From: an uncultured Chloroflexia bacterium
GTDB taxonomy: Bacteria > Chloroflexota > Limnocylindria > Limnocylindrales > CSP1-4
Length of the DNA stretch: 64,000 nucleotides
Assembly: GCA_963813535.1 (NCBI GenBank)
Contig: CAWEZH010000002.1
Coordinates: forward strand, 1,920,001 to 1,984,000
Direction: 5' to 3'
Shown here in pieces: positions 9,712 through 18,522 of the stretch; positions within the stretch are counted from its first letter, which is position 1, and each line of letters starts with the position of its first letter. Under the pieces are notes generated by a model. That model was not told where the DNA came from, made no database searches, and saw nothing but the letters and a program-made list of their open reading frames with translations. A program made the translations under genes and the position numbers.

Positions 9712-10344
9712 ATGCGACACGTCATCGGCCGACACGCCCTCGAGGTGGACGTCGGATAAGTCACCGAACTGATCGCCCGGGCCGACCGGGTGATCGTGGA
9801 TCTCGGCACGGGCGACGGCCGTGCCGTGATCGCTCGCGCGACAGGGGACTCTCGCGCGCTGGTCATCGGCATCGACGCCGCGGCGGCATCGATGGCCGAG
9901 TCGTCGCGCCGTGCCGACCGGCGCGGACCGCACAACGCCCTCTTCCTGGCGGCCCGCGCAGCTGCGCTCGACGCGACACCGCTCGCGGGCCAGGCCGACG
10001 TCGTGACCGTCACGTTCCCCTGGGGCTCGCTGCTCCGCGGCGTGCTCGGTCGTGACGAGGCGTCGCTCCGTGGCATCGCGTCGATCGTCCGACCCGGCGG
10101 TCGCGTCGAGGTGCTGGCGTCGGTCGTGCCGGCCGATCGGGTGGACGGCATCGACTGCCTCGACACATCGATCCGTCCGGCGCTGACGGACGCTTGGCTG
10201 GCCGCCGGACTCCGGCTCATCGATCTGCGGCCTGCCACGTCTACCGAGGTCGCGGCGACGGGCTCGACCTGGGCGCGGCGGCTCGGCGCCGGGCGGCCCG
10301 TGTGGCGGCTGACAGGTGTCCGCTCGGCTAGCATCGAGCCATGA
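9712..10344 (+). CDS. KamB/NpmA-like 16S rRNA (adenine1408-N1)-methyltransferase with in-frame TAA at codon 16 (readthrough, truncated or pseudogene)
   Basis: MRHVIGRHALEVDVG*VTELIARADRVIVDLGTGDG...GIDA...FPWGSLLRGVLG...AAGL...STWARRL matches the recalled KamB/NpmA layout. The ORF track starts it at GTG 9790. Confidence 0.8.
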
Positions 10345-11417
10345 GCGGACACGCTGCCACCACGCCGCTGATCCTCGATGTCGACACGGGCATCGACGAC
10401 AGCCTCGCGCTGCTCTACGCGGTCGCGTCCCCGGAGGCCGAGATCGTCGCGGTGACGTGCGTGTCCGGCAACGTCGAGGCGCGGCAGGTCGCGACGAATA
10501 CCCTCGCCGTGCTCGAGCTGGCCGGTCGCACCGACATCGACGTGGCCGTCGGGCGCGAGATCCCTCTCGTACGGGCGCTCGAGACGACGCCCGAGACGCA
10601 CGGCCCGGCGGGCATCGGCTACGGGGAGCTGCCAACACCGCGGCGCCCGGTCGGCGACCGTCACGGCGTCGACGTGATCGTCGATGCCGCTCGCGCTCGG
10701 CCCGGTGAGATCACCCTGGTCACCCTCGGCCCGCTGACCAACCTCGCGGTCGCACTGGAGCGCGAACCCGCCCTGCCGCGCCTGCTGCGACGGCACGTGC
10801 TGATGGGCGGCGCGTTCGGTGCTCCCGGCAATACGACCCCGACCACCGAGTGGAACGTCCATTGCGATCCGGAAGCGGCGCGGATCGCCTTCCGGGCCTG
10901 GGGCGAGGCCATCGCCGCGGACCCGTCGGTGCCACGACCGCTCGCTCTCGGCCTCGACGTCACCGAGCAGGCGCGGATCGGGCCCGAGCACGTGGTCGCC
11001 CTCGCCCGCCGCGCCGGCAGCACGCCCGACGATTCGCTGGGCACGCCCGCCGACGACCCGCTCGCGCCGGCTCGCTCGGTCGCGTCGAACGCGATCATCC
11101 GGTTCGTCGCCGACGCCCTGCGCTTCTACTTCGAGTTCCATGAACGCTATGACGGCTTCTACGGGGCGTTCATCCACGACCCGCTGGCGGTCGCCGCGGC
11201 CCTCGACCCGCGGCTCGTCACCACCGAGGCGCTCTACGTCGACGTGGAGACGAGCGGCGAGCTGACGACCGGCATGACCGTCGCCGACCGTCGGCGGCTC
11301 ACCGGGAAGCCACCGAATCTCGACGTGGCAGCGACTGCCGACGTCGAAACGTTCCTCGATCGCATGATCGAGCGGGTGGGCAGCCTTGCCGCCGATCGGG
11401 CCGGCGTCCCGACGTAG
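10341..11417 (+). CDS. Inosine/uridine-preferring nucleoside hydrolase
   Basis: DVDTGIDD, HGPAGIG, LGPLTNLA, EWNVHCDPEAA, HDPLAV. TAGCAT + 6 nt before the ATG. Confidence 0.93.
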   Translation: MSGHAATTPLILDVDTGIDDSLALLYAVASPEAEIVAVTCVSGNVEARQVATNTLAVLELAGRTDIDVAVGREIPLVRALETTPETHGPAGIGYGELPTPRRPVGDRHGVDVIVDAARARPGEITLVTLGPLTNLAVALEREPALPRLLRRHVLMGGAFGAPGNTTPTTEWNVHCDPEAARIAFRAWGEAIAADPSVPRPLALGLDVTEQARIGPEHVVALARRAGSTPDDSLGTPADDPLAPARSVASNAIIRFVADALRFYFEFHERYDGFYGAFIHDPLAVAAALDPRLVTTEALYVDVETSGELTTGMTVADRRRLTGKPPNLDVAATADVETFLDRMIERVGSLAADRAGVPT

Positions 11418-11451
11418 CCGGACCGCGCGGGCGGCGGCTCGCCATCTCGAC

Positions 11452-11850
11452 CTAGCGCCCCCGGCCGACGACCAGCAGCAGGAACGAGGTCTCGATCACG
11501 TCGATGCCGGCGATGACTGCGGCGATGATCAGCGGCAACGGGTTGGCCAACGCCCAGCCGACACCGGCAGCGAACGCCGCCACGGCGAGGAACGCCAGCC
11601 TGACGGCGCGGATGAGACCCGGGACGTCGGTCTGGCCGGATGCCTCCATGCGCGACACCGAGCGCATGAGCAGCATCACCCCGACGGCCACGGCGACCCC
11701 GACCAGGAACGCGCGCACCAGCGGCGGCGGGCTGACGATCGCGTCGAGCCATCCGGCGTTCCAGCCGGCCACCGTGGCGAGGACGACCGCGAGGAGCCCG
11801 AGCGCGATAGCGATCGACGCGCCGAGCCGTGGCCGAGACGCCTGCGTCAT
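11452..11850 (-). CDS. Hypothetical membrane protein (about 4 TM)
   Basis: ATG 11850 overlaps the mec stop; four hydrophobic segments. Confidence 0.7.
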   Translation of the reverse strand: MTQASRPRLGASIAIALGLLAVVLATVAGWNAGWLDAIVSPPPLVRAFLVGVAVAVGVMLLMRSVSRMEASGQTDVPGLIRAVRLAFLAVAAFAAGVGWALANPLPLIIAAVIAGIDVIETSFLLLVVGRGR

Positions 11851-12311
11851 CCCTCGACGACGTCGAGGACCACCTCGTGGACCGACTCGTCGACGATCCG
11901 CCACGCCCTGACGCTCGGCGTACCGGAGGCCGGATCGGCCTCGTCATCCGACAGCGAGACCAGCACGTACAGCGCGTCCGGATAGAACGCCAGGCCCACA
12001 TCCGTCGGTGAGGGCACCGCGGGCGAGTGCGTGTGCGAATGGACGATGCCCCAGAACACCTCGTCGGCATCATCGGTGGCGACGGTCAGCCGGAACAGGT
12101 CGTCCGGATGGATCTCGTAGCGGTACGGGGAGCCGGCAGCGTTGCGGGTCGGCTCGAACCGGAGCGCTCGGCCGCCGGCTGCCGCCGGACCGTCGCCCAC
12201 GATGAGCCCGCACGCTTCGTTCGGGGCGCCCGCGCGTGCGTGGTCGATGAGTGACTGGACCATCGTCGCCGGGATCGCGGCTGCCGCCGGACCGGGATGG
12301 ACCGGGATCAC
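11847..12311 (-). CDS. mec: JAB/MPN+ (Mov34) metalloprotease, CysO-cysteine peptidase type
   Basis: PNEACGL and VHSHTHSPAVPSPTD JAMM motif; GTGA overlap with the cysM stop. Confidence 0.88.
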   Translation of the reverse strand: MIPVHPGPAAAAIPATMVQSLIDHARAGAPNEACGLIVGDGPAAAGGRALRFEPTRNAAGSPYRYEIHPDDLFRLTVATDDADEVFWGIVHSHTHSPAVPSPTDVGLAFYPDALYVLVSLSDDEADPASGTPSVRAWRIVDESVHEVVLDVVEG

Positions 12312-13321
12312 CACCAGTTGACGCCGCCCTCGAGTGCCTCCTGCATCTCGTCGAAGGAGGTCGTGAACGTGCCGGCCGACAGGTACTTCCACCCGCCGTC
12401 CGGAAGGAGGGCGACGATGGTCCCCGCCCGCATGCGGGCCGCCTCGCGTGCAGCCGCGACCAGCACGGCTCCGCACGACGGACCGCCGAAGATGCCCTCG
12501 CGGAAGACCAGCTCGCGAAGGGCGGTCAGGGCGTCGAGGTTCGAGACGAGGTACTTCGCATCGAGCGCCTCGGGCTCGAGGATCTCGGGGATGAACCCCT
12601 CGTCGAGGGAGCGGAGACCCTGCACCTGCTCACCGGGCAGAGGCTCGGCGGCCACGATGCGGACGCCCGGCTTGTGCTCGCGCAGGAAGCGCGACACGCC
12701 CATCAACGTGCCGGCAGTCCCAAGGCCGGCGACGAAGACGTCGATCTCCGGGCAGTCGGCCAGGATCTCCGGACCGGTCGTCTCGTAATGCGCCTGCGGG
12801 TTCGCGGGATTGCCGTACTGGTACGGCATGACGAAGCGGTCGTCCTTCCCGACGAGGTGCTTGGCGAGCGCGATCGCGCCGTTCGAACCGAGCGCGCCCG
12901 GCGAATCGATGACCTCGGCGCCGAACAGGGCCGCCATCTGCCGACGTTCGTTCGTCACGTTGTCGGGCATGACGAGGGCGACTCGATAGCCCTTGCGGCG
13001 ACCGATCATCGCGAGCGCGATGCCGGTGTTGCCGGACGTCGGCTCGAGGATGATCGAGTCGTCGCGGAGCAGCCCGCGCTCCTCGAGGTCCTCGATGAGG
13101 TACTTCGCGACACGGTCCTTGACCGACCCGGTCGGGTTGAGCATCTCGAGCTTGGCGAAGATGCGCACTGACGGGTTCGGACTCATCCGCGGGATCTCGA
13201 CCAGCGGCGTATGCCCGATCGCGTCGAGGATGTCCGCGTAGCGGCCGCCGTGGGGCGCCAGGTCTTCGTGAGCGTGGTGATGGTCGTGGGCGGCCTCGTC
13301 GATCCGCCACGGGACGGCCAC
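12308..13321 (-). CDS. cysM: PLP-dependent cysteine synthase, CysO-thiocarboxylate-dependent type
   Basis: KLEMLNPTGSVKDR, PTSGNTG, GLGTAGT, DGGWKYLS, C-terminal Trp; lies between cysO and mec. Confidence 0.9.
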   Translation of the reverse strand: MAVPWRIDEAAHDHHHAHEDLAPHGGRYADILDAIGHTPLVEIPRMSPNPSVRIFAKLEMLNPTGSVKDRVAKYLIEDLEERGLLRDDSIILEPTSGNTGIALAMIGRRKGYRVALVMPDNVTNERRQMAALFGAEVIDSPGALGSNGAIALAKHLVGKDDRFVMPYQYGNPANPQAHYETTGPEILADCPEIDVFVAGLGTAGTLMGVSRFLREHKPGVRIVAAEPLPGEQVQGLRSLDEGFIPEILEPEALDAKYLVSNLDALTALRELVFREGIFGGPSCGAVLVAAAREAARMRAGTIVALLPDGGWKYLSAGTFTTSFDEMQEALEGGVNWW

Positions 13322-13322
13322 G

Positions 13323-13595
13323 TCAGCCGCCGGCCATCGCCGGCAGGAGCCGGACCTCGTCGCTCCCGGCCACCGGGGTATCGAGACCGGCGAGGTAGCG
13401 TACGTCCTGCCCGTTCACGTAGACGTTGACGAACCGGTTGAGGTCACCATCGTCCGTCAGCAGCTGACCGCCGAGCGACGGATGCCGCTCGATCAGGCCG
13501 TTCACGACCGTGCGGATGGAGTCGCCCTCGATCACCACCGACTTCGCGCCACCAACGGTCGCGCGAAGGACGGACGGGATGTAGACGGTGCTCAC
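13323..13595 (-). CDS. cysO: Ubiquitin-like sulfur carrier (MoaD/ThiS/CysO)
   Basis: RFVNVYVNGQDVRYL and C-terminal AMAGG di-glycine. Confidence 0.9.
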   Translation of the reverse strand: MSTVYIPSVLRATVGGAKSVVIEGDSIRTVVNGLIERHPSLGGQLLTDDGDLNRFVNVYVNGQDVRYLAGLDTPVAGSDEVRLLPAMAGG

Positions 13596-14818
13596 GCGCG
13601 CGCCTCGGGCGAGACCGAACCGGCCAAGCCGGTGGTCGTCATGAGGAACGGCGCGTCACCACCGACATTCGCGACGGACGACGGGCGCCCGGCCTTGCGA
13701 GCCTCGACCGCGGCGTCCGAGCACACCGGGCACTGCGGGTCGCGCCGGAGCTGCAACTCGGTGAACTCGGTCTCGAGCGCGTCGAACAGCACGAGCCTAC
13801 CGGCGAGCGTGTTGCCGATACCGAGCAACACCTTGAGCGCCTCGTTGGTCTGGAGGAGACCGAGGATGCCGGGAACGACCCCAAGCACGCCCGCGACCGA
13901 GCAGCCCGGGGCGAGCTCGGGCGGTGGCGGGGTCGGGTACAGGCAGCGATAGCACGGCCCCTCGTAGGGGATGAACGTCGTGAGCTGGCCCTCGAAGCGG
14001 AAGACGCTCGCGTGCATGACCGGGATGCCGGCAGCGACCGCGGCATCGTTGAGGACATAGCGCGTCTCGAACGTGTCGGTGCCGTCGAGGATGACGTCGT
14101 AGCCCTCGATGAGCCGCTGCACGTTGTCGGCCGTCAGCATCTCCTCGTGCTCGACGACCTTCACGTCCGGGTTGAGGGCATTGATCGCGATCCGTGCCGA
14201 CTCGACCTTGCGTTCGCCGATCCGGTCGGTGGTGTGGATGATCTGGCGCTGGAGGTTGCTGAGGTCGACGACGTCGAAGTCGACCAGGCCGATCGTGCCG
14301 ACACCGGCCGCGGCCAGATACAGGGCGGCCGGGCTGCCCAGGCCGCCGGCGCCGATGAGCAGCGCCTTCGACTCGAGCAGCTTCTGCTGCCCAGCCGATC
14401 CGACCTCGGGGATCAGGAGATGGCGGCTATAGCGCTGCTTCTGCTCCGGGCCCAGGACGACGGGCGTCTCGAAGTCGAAGCCCGCGCCCTTCCAGCCCTG
14501 GAAGCCACCGGACATGCTCGCAACATCGGTGTAGCCCATGTCGGCCAGGGTCTGGGCGGCGAAGAGTGAGCGGATGCCACCCGCGCAGTACAGGATGACC
14601 GGGGCGTCGTGGTCCGGCGCGGCGGCCTCGATCTGCTGCTCGATGTAACTCTTCGAGACGTGCTGGGCGCCAGGGATGTAGCCCTGATCCCACTCGGACG
14701 CCTCGCGCACGTCGACGATCGTCGCGGCGCCGGCCGGCAGGGATTCGACCTCCTGGGGCGTGACCTCGCGGATCTGGCTGCGGGCCTCCCGAAGGAGGTC
14801 GGCGTAGGACTTCGGCAT
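13592..14818 (-). CDS. moeB: Rhodanese-MoeB (E1-like) sulfur-carrier adenylyltransferase/sulfurtransferase
   Basis: N-terminal rhodanese (DVRE, YCAGGIRS); RYSRH, GAGGLGS, SNLQRQ, PCYRC, CPVC. Start ATG 14818 (MPKSY). Confidence 0.92.
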   Translation of the reverse strand: MPKSYADLLREARSQIREVTPQEVESLPAGAATIVDVREASEWDQGYIPGAQHVSKSYIEQQIEAAAPDHDAPVILYCAGGIRSLFAAQTLADMGYTDVASMSGGFQGWKGAGFDFETPVVLGPEQKQRYSRHLLIPEVGSAGQQKLLESKALLIGAGGLGSPAALYLAAAGVGTIGLVDFDVVDLSNLQRQIIHTTDRIGERKVESARIAINALNPDVKVVEHEEMLTADNVQRLIEGYDVILDGTDTFETRYVLNDAAVAAGIPVMHASVFRFEGQLTTFIPYEGPCYRCLYPTPPPPELAPGCSVAGVLGVVPGILGLLQTNEALKVLLGIGNTLAGRLVLFDALETEFTELQLRRDPQCPVCSDAAVEARKAGRPSSVANVGGDAPFLMTTTGLAGSVSPEARA

Positions 14819-14948
14819 GGGGCTGATGGTGACTCCGGTGTTCGACGGGCTGGCTCGCGCATGGCGGCCAGGGCGGTGGTGGGGCTGGGGTCGCGACGCG
14901 CGCCGGCTCAGGCCGGCCGGCGACACCTGCAGCGGCGCTCGATCCCGT

Positions 14949-15356
14949 TCACGCCTGGCTCCCCTGGGCCGTCGCGCTCTCGCGAGCGACACCGAGGTCG
15001 CCAAGGACATGCTGGAGGCTCTCGTGGCTGAGCATCGCGCACTTGAGGCGCGCGGGGCTGATGTCGATGCCGAGCAGCTCGAGCAGGTCGTCTGCGCCGA
15101 TCGCCGCCACGTCCTTGAGCGGCTTGCCCTTGATCTCGTCGGTCAGGAGGCTCGCGCTCGCCTGGCTGATGGCGCAGCCACGGCCGGTGAACCCGACGCG
15201 ATCGACGACGCCGTCCTTGACACCGACCATGAGCGTGATCCGATCGCCGCACAGCGGGTTCGAACCCTCATAGCTGGCATCGGCATCCTCGACCACCCCG
15301 AAGTTGTGGGGCTGGCGATAGTGCTCGAGGATGTAGTCGCGGTACAGGTCGTCCAT
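14949..15356 (-). CDS. sufU: SufU/NifU-type Fe-S scaffold or sulfur-transfer protein
   Basis: LYRDYILEHY, NPLCGD, GCAISQAS, RLKCA. Start ATG 15356. Confidence 0.92.
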   Translation of the reverse strand: MDDLYRDYILEHYRQPHNFGVVEDADASYEGSNPLCGDRITLMVGVKDGVVDRVGFTGRGCAISQASASLLTDEIKGKPLKDVAAIGADDLLELLGIDISPARLKCAMLSHESLQHVLGDLGVARESATAQGSQA

Positions 15357-15564
15357 CGAACATCGAGTGTAGCGCGGAACGGCAATCCCGACCACTGGGG
15401 TCGGGATTATCTGGATCTGCTGGTTCGAACGCTTGGCGATGCCTCGGGTCGGGCGCACGTGCGTCGCGGGGCCTCGGTGCCTGCCTGCAACGGACCGTTG
15501 TGCCGCCCTCGCTGGTACGAGCGGACAGGCGCCCACGGGTGGGTCCGTGGCTATCGTCTTGGGG

Positions 15565-16848
15565 GTGGCCACGAACGTCGCAGACGCCCTAGGCGTCGCC
15601 CTCGGCGGACTCGCGCAGAAGCGCGGGCTGATCCCGCGCGTCCCGGACGGCGATCGGTTGCTGGCCGATGCCGCCGTCTGGCTGAACGGCGAGTACGCCG
15701 ACGCCGTCCGCTCCACCCACCAGCGGACGCTGCCTGGCGGCGAGATCGCGCTGGCGGTCGACCTCCATCCCGCCGCGTCCCCGCTCCTCCTGACCGCGGA
15801 CGACGAGGGGCGTGTCACGGTCGCGGCCGAGACCGGCGCCGCGGGTCCCGGCTATCACCGCTTCGTCGGTCGAGTCCTCGAGCGACTCAGCGGGGAGCTC
15901 GCCATCCAGTGGACCGATGGCGACGGCGCGACGGCGTTCGTCGACCGCCAGGGAGCGGAGCAGCTCTACCTCGGCTGGCTGGGTCCGCAGCTTGCCGCGT
16001 CGCTGGCGCGAGCGCGGCGCGGCGAGCGGGGCATCCCGCTCGGGATGCCGGGCGGGACGCGCGTCACGACAGAGGCGGCGATGGCGACCGTGATGGGTCC
16101 GCGCGACGAGGCCTGGCTCGAGGCGGCCATCGCCGATCCGCGGGTCGCCCTGGGCATGACGCCGTGGTGGGCCGACGCGACCGATGGTCAGTATCTCCTC
16201 AACAGGGCACTCGTGCTGATGTGGCTGCAGGTCCGCTGGCGGACGCCGGCGATGGAGGGCGAGGCCGACCTGTTCGACGAAGTCCATCGACTGCTGTCGC
16301 GCGCCTATCCGTTCGATCCCGGCCTCGAGTACCCGTGGCACGCATGGACCGAGTTGACGGGGCTGCGCGGCATCGACGACCCGATGGCCCGCCAGGCCGC
16401 TGAGCGCGCGAGCGCGGTCTCCCCGGAGGACCCGCCGGTGGGCTATCGCCGCGACTCGGTGGTCATCAGCCACGAGGGCTGGGCGCTCGAGGTCCCGGGG
16501 GCGTTCGCCGAGCGCCGTTCGCCCGAGGAATGGTGGGGTGGCGGCACGGGCCGGAGCATCACGCTGGCCGCGACGGCGACGGGCGACGCCGACGGGACGC
16601 CGATGGGTGCCCACGATTTCATCGACCAGTTCGCGGTCGACCTCGGGCCGGATGCGATCGCGCATCGCTCGGGCGAGGTGCTGGGCCGGGCGAGGCTCGT
16701 GACCGACGCCTCCTCCGGCGTCGAGGTCGGGATCCTCGAGGGCTACTCGGCGGTGAGCGGCTCGGGCGCTGCGATCAAGATCGAGTTCGATGACCCGGCC
16801 GACTGGCAGTGGGCCCTCGACATGTGGCGGTCGCTCGCCCCGGGTTGA
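15565..16848 (+). CDS. Hypothetical protein (about 427 aa), no recognised domain
   Basis: Long ORF with normal codon bias and globular composition. GTG 15565 is preceded by TATCGT + 7 nt; the ORF track start at 15433 is less likely. Confidence 0.7.
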   Translation: MATNVADALGVALGGLAQKRGLIPRVPDGDRLLADAAVWLNGEYADAVRSTHQRTLPGGEIALAVDLHPAASPLLLTADDEGRVTVAAETGAAGPGYHRFVGRVLERLSGELAIQWTDGDGATAFVDRQGAEQLYLGWLGPQLAASLARARRGERGIPLGMPGGTRVTTEAAMATVMGPRDEAWLEAAIADPRVALGMTPWWADATDGQYLLNRALVLMWLQVRWRTPAMEGEADLFDEVHRLLSRAYPFDPGLEYPWHAWTELTGLRGIDDPMARQAAERASAVSPEDPPVGYRRDSVVISHEGWALEVPGAFAERRSPEEWWGGGTGRSITLAATATGDADGTPMGAHDFIDQFAVDLGPDAIAHRSGEVLGRARLVTDASSGVEVGILEGYSAVSGSGAAIKIEFDDPADWQWALDMWRSLAPG

Positions 16849-16903
16849 CCGTGTGGGTAGGCCGCCGGTGCCCTCCCCTCGCGGGCACCGGCCGCCCGCG
16901 GGA

Positions 16904-17074
16904 TCAGACCGAGTTGCTCACGGTCGTAATGATGTGGCTGACCTGGCTCCCGAGGAAGATGAGGGCCACGATGGCGATGATCGCGATCAGCGCGAGGATG
17001 AGGGCGTATTCGGCCAGTCCCTGACCGGCATCGCCGTTGGCGATCCGCAGCCGCGCGTTCCGGAACCGTTCCAT
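16904..17074 (-). CDS. flp: Flp family type IVb pilin
   Basis: GQGLAEYALILALIAIIAIVAL Flp motif; AGGAG RBS before ATG 17074. Confidence 0.92.
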   Translation of the reverse strand: MERFRNARLRIANGDAGQGLAEYALILALIAIIAIVALIFLGSQVSHIITTVSNSV

Positions 17075-17214
17075 GACAATCTCCTGCTGGGTGCCTCGTC
17101 GCCGAGGCCGCACCCGGTTTTCGACCGGGCGCCGGCAGCATCACGTCGCTCGGGCGGTGCCCGAAATCGGGGTTCTGACGGGGTACGCGTTGCGGGTCGT
17201 CCCGCAATGTCTGA

Positions 17215-18522
17215 TCAGACCGCCGGCCAGTCGAAGGTCACGATCGTGCCGATGCCGCCGTCACGGCGACCGGAACGAACCGATGCCCCGCACAGCTTCG
17301 CCTCGGTGACCATGTCGGCCAGACCCCGCCCGCCGTCCCTCAGGGCCACACCCTCGGTATCGACCGGGAGACCCGGTCCGTCGTCCTCGATGCACAGGCG
17401 GAGGTGGTCTGCGCCCGCGGCGACCACGAGCCTGACCGTCGCGTCCGGGGCGTGGCGCATCACGTTGTCAAGTGCCAGCGTGGCGACTCGCAGCGCGGCC
17501 CGGTCGACGTCGGTCGGGGGCGGCCCGGGGCGTGGTGCCGGACCGTCGGCGACATCGATGGTCACGCGGACGCCCGATCGGTCCTCGACCCGCTCGGCCA
17601 GCGACTCGAGCGCCGGAACCAACCCGCCGATCTCGAGACCGATCGCGTCGCGCGTCTCGATCATCGCTTCGATCTGCTGGAAGGCCTCTCGGAGCGAGCG
17701 GGCCAGGCGATCCACCGAGCCGACACGTTCTGCCTCACGAATCGCGCGCCGCAGGTCCGGCACGACGACCGCGTGCAGGTCACGGGCGATCCGCGCGCGT
17801 TCCGTCATCGCCGCTCGCCGCTCACGTGCCCGACTCGGGGTGAGCTCCTCGCCGAAGGCTCGGAGCCAGTCGATGACGTAACGGATCGCGCCGCTGGCGC
17901 CCGCAGATCGGCCGCGTTCCGTCGCAAGGCGTCGTGTCGCGCGACCAGCTGCGGGTCGAAGGTCGCTCGCCAGCCCAAGGACCACCAGGCCGACCGTGAT
18001 CAGGAGGAACGCTCGCGTCACGAGGCGCAGGTCACCGAGGGGCGAGACGCCGCCGACCGTGGCGGTCTCCGGGTCCGGGCTCGCGATCGCCCACAATCCG
18101 ATCGCGAACACGGCAGCCACGGCGCCCACCCCCAGCACCGCCAGACCGGGCGGCGGCCGTCGCGCGGGATCCGACGCATATCCGGCTGCCGCAGCGACGG
18201 CACCCGAGGCGGCCAGGACGAGCGCGATGGCGATCCAGCGCCACGTGTCGGCAGGGATCAGAGGGCGCTGTTCGCGGGCGAACGTCGCGAGGTCGATGGT
18301 CATCGTGGACAGCGCCAGGATCAACGCGAGCCACGCTGCCGTGGGATGGCGCCGGACGGTGAGACCGAAGACGCACAGCGCTGCGGCCGCGATGAGGAGC
18401 GGCAGCATGGCTTCCGGGGACGTGCTCGACCTGCCTCCGACCGAGATCCGAAGGACGCCCAATGCGACGACAAGCCCCAGCGCCCAGATACCGAGCAACG
18501 CGCCAAGCCACGGCCGGCTCAT
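17215..18522 (-). CDS. Membrane sensor histidine kinase (HisKA_3/NarX-like)
   Basis: About 7 TM segments; ERARIARDLH, ALDNVMRHA, IEDDGPG, GRGL. Confidence 0.88.
   Translation of the reverse strand: MSRPWLGALLGIWALGLVVALGVLRISVGGRSSTSPEAMLPLLIAAAALCVFGLTVRRHPTAAWLALILALSTMTIDLATFAREQRPLIPADTWRWIAIALVLAASGAVAAAAGYASDPARRPPPGLAVLGVGAVAAVFAIGLWAIASPDPETATVGGVSPLGDLRLVTRAFLLITVGLVVLGLASDLRPAAGRATRRLATERGRSAGASGAIRYVIDWLRAFGEELTPSRARERRAAMTERARIARDLHAVVVPDLRRAIREAERVGSVDRLARSLREAFQQIEAMIETRDAIGLEIGGLVPALESLAERVEDRSGVRVTIDVADGPAPRPGPPPTDVDRAALRVATLALDNVMRHAPDATVRLVVAAGADHLRLCIEDDGPGLPVDTEGVALRDGGRGLADMVTEAKLCGASVRSGRRDGGIGTIVTFDWPAV

Noticed and set aside
9688-10638. 316-aa N-terminal extension of the PurK ORF in the ORF track
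   Set aside because: Arg/Pro-rich shadow frame antisense to the methyltransferase and nucleoside hydrolase; GTG 9687 has its own -10 element.
17075-17214. c-di-GMP riboswitch upstream of flp
   Set aside because: A GAAA-containing loop is present, but the conserved GEMM core nucleotides were not found.
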